Below, piece after piece: positions 50,801-58,777 of a DNA stretch of 64,000 nucleotides. Source of the DNA: Pelagomonas calceolata (lineage: Eukaryota). Position 1 is the stretch's first letter; each line of letters opens with the position of its first letter. Location: NCBI GenBank assembly GCA_918797485.1, contig CAKKNE010000002.1, forward strand, positions 1,488,001 to 1,552,000, given 5' to 3'. Below the pieces are notes generated by a model that had not been told where the DNA came from, made no database searches, and saw nothing but the letters and a program-made list of their open reading frames with translations. The position numbers were made by a program, and so were the translations under genes.

Positions 50801-53431
50801 GCCGTCGTTGGTGTAGTAGTCGTCTGCTGCTCCGTAGTACACGCCGTCGTTGGTGTGGTAGTCGTCTGCTGCTCCGTAGTACACGCCGTCGTTGGTGTAG
50901 TAGTCGTCTGCTGCTCCGTAGTACACGCCGTCGTTGGTGTGGTAGTCGTCTGCTGCTCCGTAGTACACGCCGTCGTTGGTGTAGTAGTCGTCCTCACCCC
51001 CCCGTGCGCAGTAATCGGTCACCCAGGTGCCGTCGCAGTTCGCCTCCTCGATGAACGCGACGCAGTCATACTTGGACCGGTCCTCGCCATAGGATTGGAT
51101 GGAGTAGCGCAGCACGAAATTCTCCGGGCAGCACCCCTGTGATGCGACCTCCTCCAAAATCGTGGCGCCATTGCAGTTGGCGAATTCGCAACCGTAGCAA
51201 TACGTGCAGCAGCTTGCGCCGTCGCCGCCGCTGCTGGTCCCGTGCGAACTGTCACCGCCGTAGTAGAACAAGCACCCACCTTTCCACTCGTCGATACGCG
51301 CCCACAAACACACAGTCCGGTCGGCGTCGCCGAGCATGTCCTGCGTTGCCTCCCAGGGAAGCGTGACGGTCGCTCCGTGCTCCAGCACGATTGCCGTACC
51401 ACCGTCTCGGCCCTCGGTCGTGGTCATGCTCTCGGGCGTGCCGTGCCAGGTGTGATGAGCGTCTTGCGTCGTCCCGTTGACGAACGGATAGTACGCCACG
51501 AGCGAGCCCTCAAACAAATGGCTCGTCGGCGCAGGCGAGACGGTCGGCGCGATCGACGGAAGGGCGGTCGGCATACCGGTAGGCATACCGGTAGGCACGT
51601 TCGTCGGCTGTGGGCTGGGCCCGGGCGTCGGGACGGTCGTCGGACAGTTGCCTTGCGTGACGCCGCATGACGTCGACGCGCACTGGGTGTTGTCGAACGC
51701 TCTGACCAGCCACACGTGGTCGTCCAGGCACCAGCCGAGGTCCTGGTCGAAGGCCGAGGCGCCGTTGAACATATCCACTATGCTTGTGGCACTTTGGACC
51801 GCCCAACCACCAATGTCTTGGTTAAACGACGAGGCGCTACTGAACATCCTAATAAACGTGTTGACGCTGGAGGTTTCCCACGCGCTGATGTCCTGGTTGA
51901 AGCCCGAAGCCTTGGTGAACATGGAGTTCATTGTTGTGACGCTGTGGACCGCCCAATCACCGATGTCCCGGTTAAAGGCCGAGGCGGTGTCGAACATGAA
52001 GTCCATCCTTGTGACGCCAGCAGTATCCCACCCACTAATGTCCTCGTTAAAGGACGAGGCTTCGTAGAACAACCATGACATGTCCGTCACCCCTGATGTG
52101 TCCCACGTAGAAATGTGGCCGTACGTCGCCTCGGCGGCCGCTGCGTCGTGGAACCACGCAGTTACGGCCGTTCTAATCGTCGTGTCGTCCATGACGTAGC
52201 CGTCGTACGAGTACGAGCCCTGGTCGCCCGCGGAGCTTGTCTCGTACGAGTACGAGCCCTGGTCGCCCGCGGAGCTTGTCTCGTACGAGTACGAGCCCTG
52301 GTCGCCCGAGGCCTCGTACGAGTACGAGCCCTGGCCGCCCGAGGCCTCGTCGTCGTACGTCTCGTCGTCGTACGTCTCGTCGGACTGGAGCCGACTCCTC
52401 GCGTCTGTGACCCACGTGTGCGCGAGGAGATGCTCGGCGAAGCTTCCAAATTTGTGCCAGTCCGCGCCACCCCGCGTCGCACGGCCCATGCGCGGCTCCG
52501 CGTCGCCTCGGAGCAGCACGACGTCGGCGTACCTTCCCGCGCGCCGCCCGGCGTGGTAGACTTCGCTGAGCATGTACGGTCCGGTCGTCCGAAGGACGTC
52601 GGCGTCGCCGGGCGCGCCGGCCGCCGCCAGCGTCCGGTTCGCGGCCTCGTCGAGCGCGTCGACCAGCAGCGGGTGGTCGGGTCGCGCGCCGAAGGCGTAG
52701 TTGCCGACTTGCCAGTGTTCCCGCGCGTCCAGGACGTTCCTGCGGTGTCTTTCGAAAAACGCGTCGTCGGAGAGCCACCATTCCATGGGGAGCACGGCCG
52801 CGTGCGCGACGAGCGGCTCCAGTGACCGCTTGGCGTACACGTCGACGTCGAAGTAGAAGCCGCCCTCCCGCGCGACGACCGCCAGCCGGAACAGATCCGC
52901 GCGCATCACGACGCGCGGCGCGGCCTCGTACGCCTCGAGGATCCGCGTCCCCGCGTAGGCCCTCGCCATGTATTCCCGCGCGGCGGCGTCGTCGAAAAAT
53001 ACGCGCTCGAAGCCGGGGCTGGTCGTTTCGAGTCGTCGAGCGAGGTCCGCGTCGACGTCGGCCGCCGACCGCGCCGTCTGGAAGACGCGCCGCGGGATGC
53101 GCGGCGCTTGCGCCGCGAGCGTCCGTTCGAGGTCCGCGTCGACGTCGGCCGCCGACCGCGCCGTCTGGAAGACGCGCCGCGGGATGCGCGGCGGGGCCGA
53201 GTCTGCCGGCGCCTTCGCCGCGAGCGTCCGTTCCACGCCCGCGGCGCCGGGCTGCCCCAGCAGGCGGCGGGCGCACGCGGCTGCAGCGGCACCGCCGCCG
53301 GCCACGTAAAAGGCCCCACTCAGGAACACCGCGAGGCACGCAGCCACGGCTACGTGCTGCCGCCGCGCCATTTGACTTGTACGTGTGGCCCAGCGCAGGC
53401 GGGGGAGCGGATCAGGGTGCCCCTCAGCCAT
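11802..53431 (-). CDS. Giant intron-less cell-surface protein (~13,880 aa): signal/anchor, GT32-like glycosyltransferase, BspA/DUF285 modules, 24 LamG/ConA-like domains, P/T mucin stalks, Calx-beta/Ig-like region, REJ, GPS, 5 TM, cytoplasmic tail; split by a frameshift near 42.5 kb
   Basis: Two overlapping ORFs (3742 aa and 10250 aa) switch frame inside one repeat unit. Comparison with intact copies shows a net 4-nt loss at 42485-42525. The start is ATG 53431 or ATG 53371 ([17 protein letters not shown]). Confidence 0.85.
12838..14705 (-). other. GPS autoproteolysis motif plus five TM helices resembling the polycystin-1 N-terminal TM domain
   Basis: CKFWD....W...GC........CECTHL|TDF, with the HL|T site at 14598-14606. 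TM1, then [23 protein letters not shown] (cf. PKD1 H.W.S....P..S.FTR.QR), then four more hydrophobic helices ending [15 protein letters not shown]. Confidence 0.85.
16050..17730 (-). other. REJ/PKD-like module of the giant protein (approximate bounds)
   Basis: [23 protein letters not shown]...LAYAW and [23 protein letters not shown]....GWSDD..DYPLTY.Y are typical REJ-module motifs. Confidence 0.8.
21780..23945 (-). repeat. Four tandem BspA-like/DUF285 modules; further modules at ~26200-27050 (2), ~32600-33260 (1) and ~51650-52200 (1)
   Basis: IRTAV.AW......[10 protein letters not shown](D/E)T.GVTDMS.LF followed by 25-aa repeats FNQDIG.WDTS.VT.M..MF..AS, and closed by FDQDLGWCV...C.STSCG. Confidence 0.85.
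50415..50992 (-). repeat. Two 42-bp coding minisatellite arrays encoding ([14 protein letters not shown])n, ~4.7 and ~5.5 copies
   Basis: Unit gtagtagtcgtctgctgctccgtagtacacgccgtcgttggt is repeated head to tail at 50415-50612 and 50760-50992 with no spacers. Confidence 0.95.
52400..53190 (-). other. DxD glycosyltransferase domain (GT32/OCH1-like) at the N-terminus of the giant protein
   Basis: [66 protein letters not shown] and H....TW. Confidence 0.85.
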
Positions 53432-53947
53432 CCAGGGGCTGCCCCCCTATCCCCCGCGCGTCGGCCCCGGCTCCCTCCAAGGGGCAGGGCCCATGGGATG
53501 CAGCTATAACTAATGTGTGCAACGCAGCTTGGTCCGTCCCGCGTCGCACACGGGCAGCCTTTTGCCGGTCACTGGCGCTTTGCGGCGCTTTTTTGAGAAC
53601 CCGGACCTTCGGCCGGGGCCGCGCGAGGGAGGGGAGGCCTCGGGCGCCGCGCACGAGACCTCCCCGGACTTACGTTGAGGACGCGCGCGGTCGGGCAGCA
53701 CCAGCGCGCGGTCCGCCGCGCGGTCGGGAGCGGATGCGGTGCCTCGCGGCGCGTGACGCGGTCCGTTCGCGGTTTGAGGGGGTCAGGCGACGTCGTTTCC
53801 TAGAATCATGGCGGTGGGTGTTTTTTTATGCGATTTCGAGTGCATTCGGCCGCGACGCGGGGTCCCGAGAGGTGCTCGGCCGTGGCGCGGCGAGGAGCGG
53901 TGCTGGAGATGTCGACACTTAAGAGACAGCAATAATTAGGAGTAGCG

Positions 53948-55441
53948 TCAGGGGTTCATCGAGACGACCTCCTCGAGCGTCGCCGACCGGAGCGGCGCGA
54001 CGTCGTGCGTCGCCCCACCCAGCGACTGCGCGCGCCGCACCTTCAGCCGCGCGAGCTCCTTCGAGGGCGCCGCCTCTTTAGACGAAGACAACAGCGACGA
54101 CCGCTCGCTCAGCTTCGCCGCGGCCTTGACGTCCAGGGGCCGCACCTCGCTCTCGATCTGGAGCCGCGACGCCATGCTCCGCAGGTGAAAATAGTATTTG
54201 GCGTACTCGCTCGCGGCGACCGTGGCGTTGAAGCCGTAGGCTTTTAAGAGAGCCGCCTCGAGCGCGTTAATGCGCGGCAGCGTGAACTCCGCACAAATAT
54301 GGCCAAAGTCGGCGTTCCACATCGATAGATCATCACAAACCTTCGACGCCATGATCATGCATGATAACAAGACGGGCCGCCAGTTGCCGGCTCGCAACCG
54401 AATCTTGCCCCGCGCCGCCTTCAGGAGCCGTTCGACGTAGATCAATGAGGTAACTATACACTCGATCTCCATCTGGCCCCTACTGAAGACATCTTTGTAG
54501 AAGGCCTCGAGCTGGGTGGAGGACGGTGTCCGCTTGTAGCTGTCCTCATAAAAAACCTTGAACTCGCCGTCTTTGCTGCGTGACTCTCTCGCAGAGGGCG
54601 GCTGGGCTTCCGCTGCCGCCAGATGGGCCCTCAAAACATGGCAGACGCAGGCGATGGTAGCCTCCTTGTCCGGCTTGTCGAGCGTCGCGCCGACGAACAT
54701 GGTCCCCGTCGAGTTCCGATGCCTCTCGTTGCCGGGTTTCTTGCCCGCTAGAGCGTCGGCTCTATCCAAAGCTGCCGCTCTTGCAAACGCTCGGAGGTCG
54801 GCCTTCTCATCCGCAAAAGAGACACTTCGAAGCGGCCGCGGCGGTTTTTTGTTGATAGGTAGCGGCAGTGCTTGGCGCCACGCGGCCGTCTGCGGCGACA
54901 GCGACCGCCTTCGGTTCGTAGAACGCGACGACGATCGGCGGGACGTCGTCGCGTCCTCGTACAGGAAGGAGTCGTCGACCGTCGACAGCGTGCGCACGCG
55001 GCCCTCGTCGAGCGTCGACGACGTCGACGGCCGCGACACGGGCGGCCGCCAGCCGGGGCCGCTCGTGTGCTCCGTGCTCACGTCGGCGGAGCTCAAACCG
55101 GCCGCGATGTTCGCGCGGATGTTGCGCTCCATCTCGTCGAAGAACTTGCGTCGTTCCTTTTTTTCGTCGTCGAGCCGGCGGCGCTCGGCCTCGCCCTGGA
55201 GCTCGCGGGGCTTCGTCCAGCGCGTCTCTCTTGTCAATACGTCGTAGTAGTAGGTGCGGCCCGTCTTCGGGTCCTTGGCCGACCGCCAGACGCGCGCCGC
55301 CGCGGGCGCGGGCGCCGGCGCGGGTGCGGCCGGCGCGGGCGCGGGCGCCGCGGCCGGCGCGGGCGCCGGCGCGGGAGCTTTCGCTGGCTTCTTGCTGTCG
55401 TCCTTCTTGCCGCTCATGGCACGGCTGAGGCGGCGAAGCAT
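53948..55441 (-). CDS. WW domain + cyclin Y-like (cyclin N-box) protein
   Basis: 497 aa. WW domain WRSAKDPKTGRTYYYDVLTRETRWTKP. Cyclin-Y-like box ECIVTSLIYVERLL...NWRPVLLSCMIMASKVCDDLSMWNADF...SEYAKYYFHLRS. Confidence 0.88.
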   Translation of the reverse strand: MLRRLSRAMSGKKDDSKKPAKAPAPAPAPAAAPAPAPAAPAPAPAPAAARVWRSAKDPKTGRTYYYDVLTRETRWTKPRELQGEAERRRLDDEKKERRKFFDEMERNIRANIAAGLSSADVSTEHTSGPGWRPPVSRPSTSSTLDEGRVRTLSTVDDSFLYEDATTSRRSSSRSTNRRRSLSPQTAAWRQALPLPINKKPPRPLRSVSFADEKADLRAFARAAALDRADALAGKKPGNERHRNSTGTMFVGATLDKPDKEATIACVCHVLRAHLAAAEAQPPSARESRSKDGEFKVFYEDSYKRTPSSTQLEAFYKDVFSRGQMEIECIVTSLIYVERLLKAARGKIRLRAGNWRPVLLSCMIMASKVCDDLSMWNADFGHICAEFTLPRINALEAALLKAYGFNATVAASEYAKYYFHLRSMASRLQIESEVRPLDVKAAAKLSERSSLLSSSKEAAPSKELARLKVRRAQSLGGATHDVAPLRSATLEEVVSMNP

Positions 55442-55863
55442 CTTGCTACGCTGTGCCTACGCTGTGCAGGCAGGGTCAGCCCAAAAGCCCAAAATGTGTG
55501 TGCCCTCTCGGCGGCGACGCAAAAAACTACGAATGGTGTGCAGCTGCAGCAAAATGATTAATTCTTGCAGCGCATAGCTATATCCGTCTTTTGGCCCGCG
55601 TGGAGCTGCGATTTGCGAAAGACCTCGGCACAAAAAGCCAGCATATTTTTCAGGCTCCGGACGCGCTTGCGCGGCAGCCGTCGCCCGAGCCCCGCATGCG
55701 AGGAGAAGTCCACGCACGAATCGAAGCGCGAACCGCGGGATGTTCATCGCCGCGCGCAGACGCGCGACGCGGCGGCCGCCGCGTGCACGCTTAGAGTGCA
55801 CGCCATCGCCGCGACCCCGAACCAACTACAAATCACGAAACACAGTAGTACTTACATCATCCG

Positions 55864-56526
55864 TCAGTCGTCGTCGTCGCCCCCGCATTTCAGCGCCGGC
55901 CCGCACAGCACCGCGAGGAACACGTAGAGCACGACGCAGCACACAAAGAAGATCAACAAATAGATCTTGACCTTCTTCCAGAACATGGCGTTCCTCAATT
56001 GCTTCGACGACTTCTGGAAGCGGAACGCGTCCAACTGGAGCTGTTCGCTCTTATCAACAAGTAACTCCAATTTCTCGCCCCGCTCCAAGACCATCTCGAT
56101 ATTTTGCACCATGACGCTCTTCACGTCGTCCAATTTTTTGTGGACGGTGGCGAACTGGTCCGCCTCCGGTCCATTATAAAATTCTACTTGTTTTTTCAAA
56201 GTCCGCCCGAAGTCCTCGTTCATGGCGAAGGCTATCGCAGTAGAACCTCTATCACCATAGGTCGCGAACCACCTCTCTTTCACGTCGTCCAGAAACGCGA
56301 AGGGCACCCTTCTTTTAAATGACTCGTCGGCCATGCACAGGAACGTTAATTGTTTCTCTACCACATAATGGAAGACGTACTGGTCGTACACATAACTCAT
56401 CTTCCCGTCCTCGGGCGGGATCTTTCCTAGTAATACTCGCGTGATCGTCGGGAAGTTTCCGCTCGTGAACGTGTACTCGGCGAGGACGACATTTTGTCTA
56501 GCTACCAACGCGTAGAGGATGGTCAT
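55864..56526 (-). CDS. VAMP7: VAMP7/VAMP71-type longin R-SNARE
   Basis: 220 aa from ATG 56526. Longin domain ILYALVAR...VLAEY, synaptobrevin coil VKSVMVQNIEMVLERGEKLELLVDKSEQL, and a C-terminal TM helix. Confidence 0.95.
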   Translation of the reverse strand: MTILYALVARQNVVLAEYTFTSGNFPTITRVLLGKIPPEDGKMSYVYDQYVFHYVVEKQLTFLCMADESFKRRVPFAFLDDVKERWFATYGDRGSTAIAFAMNEDFGRTLKKQVEFYNGPEADQFATVHKKLDDVKSVMVQNIEMVLERGEKLELLVDKSEQLQLDAFRFQKSSKQLRNAMFWKKVKIYLLIFFVCCVVLYVFLAVLCGPALKCGGDDDD

Positions 56527-56889
56527 GGCTTCGTTTGGTGTTTGGCGCTGCGGTTTGTTTCTTGCGTCGGCGGCGTACGAGTGCTGGCAATAGCACAAGG
56601 GCTGCTCGGCAGAGGCTGTATTTTGAGTACAATTTCCCCGGCGTGACGCGTGGGCCTCCAGCTCGTGTGCGCGTGGCTGGACGAATTAAAGACGCGAACC
56701 GAAGCTCAGAATAACAGCTGCTGCCGCCGTGCGCTCCGTGCCGAGAAAAAAAACAAGCTGGGCTTATTCCTAGTGTGTTACGACCGCTAGCTCGCAAGCC
56801 ATTGCCAAAAAAAGGCCAATACTAGGCTTATTGATCACAGTCGGATCGCTTCGTGAGCCAAAAAGACACGCATCGATGGCCTACACAGC

Positions 56890-58746
56890 ATGAAAGACGA
56901 ACCAGTTCCGCCACCGAGGAGCTCACCACCAGCCCTGCCACAGGCTCGGGCTCCGCCGCCAGCCCTGCCGCCAGCCGTCGGCCTGCGGCCGGAAGCGCCA
57001 AAAGCGCCGTCGGCAGCGCTCCCCGCGACGCGACCGGCGCCGCCGCCGCTACCCACACCGGACCCGCCTGTGGACCTCGTCGAGCGCCTCGTGGTTGCCG
57101 AGCCGCCGCTGTCGACGGCACAAAAGGTCCTGGTCGTGGCCGAGGGCGGCACGTTCCGCGCGCGACTCGACGGCGACGGGCCTAATCTCGGCCTGACGCT
57201 CAAGGCGACGCGCGACGGCCGCGCACTCGTGCAGGCGCTGCCGGCGCCCTCGCGCGCGCGCGCGGCGGGAATAAGGATAGGCGACGAGGTGCTGGGTGTG
57301 GACGGCGCCGCCTTCGAGCGGGGCGTTGGATTAAGGCACGTCGCCGCGCGGATCAAGGCCTCATCCACCAAAGTCCTTTCCCTAAGACGCGGCTTCGCGC
57401 CCGTCGACGTTGAAGTGTTAGCGGCGGTTTTACGAAGGCGGGGCGCGCTTTCCGAGGACGGCGCCGCGGCGTTGATGGGCGAGGTCGCGGAGGTCTGCCG
57501 GCGCGCCGCGCTTTGGGACGAGCGCGGTGAGGTCGTCTCGGACCTTGATGATGTGAGCGTCGACGTTGTTGAAAGGCGGCCGGCGCTGTGTTGTAGGGTC
57601 GTGGACTACGACGCGGAGGCCTACGCCGTCTGGACGCTCGACGCGCGGAGCGGCGCCGAGTGGCGCGTCCGGCGGAGCTTCGCGCGGTTTCGGGAGGTGC
57701 GCACTATTGTAAAGCGGCTCGCGCCCCGGGATGTATATGAGGATTTGGATAGGACGTTTCCCGACGAGGCCGCGTTTTACGACACAGTTTCCTCAATTCA
57801 GGAGCGGTGCCGCGCGCTCGAGAATTACCTGAGAAGCTGCCTCTCATTACTATTGACGGGCCCGCTCCATAACAACGCGGGCCGGCTCCACGCGGCCCTC
57901 GAAGATTTTTTAGATGTGCCCGCGCGCCTCGCGTCGCTCGAGCTACTGGAACGTAACCCGGACGCCCACCTAAGGAGGGCGGCGCAGGTCGCGGCGCACC
58001 AGGTTCTCGCGACGCCGTCTTTGGATGGCGTCGTGTCCACGATCGTGGCGGCGTGCCGCGGCAAGGAAGGTCATGATTTGTTGGGCGCGATGGCGACCGC
58101 GATTGATGGTTTGCAGGCGGCGCTCGTCGAGGGCTGCGGCCCGTTCTTCGAAGGTGTTGTAATGCGTAGGACTAGGAAAATGGGTCTCGAGGAGCTTGAT
58201 TTATTAGTGAGGGCGGCGGTGCGGCGCCAGGTCGAGGCCGAGGTGTTCGTGCCCCTCAGTAGCGTGCTCGACGAGTCGTTGAGGAGAGATCTGGCCGAGG
58301 AGGAAACCATGTTAAGGGCGAGCTGCGCCGCGGCGCGCCTGAAGACGCAGGCGGCGTTGGGGATCGCGCCGGAGCACGCGTCGCCCTCAAAGTGGGAGGC
58401 GGCGGTGTATCGATTGGCCACGGTCGGGTCCTACACGCTGCCGTGCGACCGGCTCGACGTCTTGTTGGCGGCGGCGAGAGAAATTCCAGTAATCTTCGCG
58501 GCGGAGCATAAAGGCGAGGAGGTGCTCGGCGGCGACGACTTCCTGCCCATCTTCGTGTATGTGGTCGTCCAGGCGGGCATCCCCGATTTGAGATATCTCC
58601 AGACACTGCTGAGCGCGCTCTGCGACCCGGACAAGCGCCTGAGCGAGACGGGCTACTACGTGGCGACCTTCGAGGCGGCCGTGGCGCACATCCGCGAGCT
58701 GCCGCTGGCGCGCGTCCTCGAGGAGGAGAACCCTTTTGTGGTGTAA
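56890..58746 (+). CDS. Pro-rich + PDZ-like + PX + VPS9 domain protein (putative Rab5 GEF)
   Basis: 618 aa. PDZ-like LGLTL...ARAAGIRIGDEVLGVDG, PX-like WRVRRSFARFRE...ERCRALENYL, and VPS9 LGGDDFLPIFVYVV...SETGYYVATFEAAV. Confidence 0.85.
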   Translation: MKDEPVPPPRSSPPALPQARAPPPALPPAVGLRPEAPKAPSAALPATRPAPPPLPTPDPPVDLVERLVVAEPPLSTAQKVLVVAEGGTFRARLDGDGPNLGLTLKATRDGRALVQALPAPSRARAAGIRIGDEVLGVDGAAFERGVGLRHVAARIKASSTKVLSLRRGFAPVDVEVLAAVLRRRGALSEDGAAALMGEVAEVCRRAALWDERGEVVSDLDDVSVDVVERRPALCCRVVDYDAEAYAVWTLDARSGAEWRVRRSFARFREVRTIVKRLAPRDVYEDLDRTFPDEAAFYDTVSSIQERCRALENYLRSCLSLLLTGPLHNNAGRLHAALEDFLDVPARLASLELLERNPDAHLRRAAQVAAHQVLATPSLDGVVSTIVAACRGKEGHDLLGAMATAIDGLQAALVEGCGPFFEGVVMRRTRKMGLEELDLLVRAAVRRQVEAEVFVPLSSVLDESLRRDLAEEETMLRASCAAARLKTQAALGIAPEHASPSKWEAAVYRLATVGSYTLPCDRLDVLLAAAREIPVIFAAEHKGEEVLGGDDFLPIFVYVVVQAGIPDLRYLQTLLSALCDPDKRLSETGYYVATFEAAVAHIRELPLARVLEEENPFVV

Positions 58747-58777
58747 GTGTTGTTTTGTATAAAACTTTGTACACAGC

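Larger units (their letters stand above)
20350..51520 (-). repeat. Array of 24 LamG/ConA-like domain repeats (3 subtypes), ~0.85-1.3 kb period in the core, highly similar at DNA level
   Basis: 24 starts of L(V/L/I)AYY(P/D), each followed by R(T/S)(V/I/L)C(L/V/M)(W/L)AR(I/V)D, HH(F/Y)C(L/V)TY, (F/L)Y(F/V)DG and G/A-A(L/V)DE(V/A/I)Y(V/I)Y..AL. Blocks such as 41150-41640 and 43147-43620 are near-identical. Confidence 0.88.

Noticed and set aside
50415..50992. Regular 42-bp repeats resembling a CRISPR array
   Set aside because: No unique spacers, the unit is a multiple of 3 and in frame within a CDS, the context is eukaryotic, and there are no cas genes.
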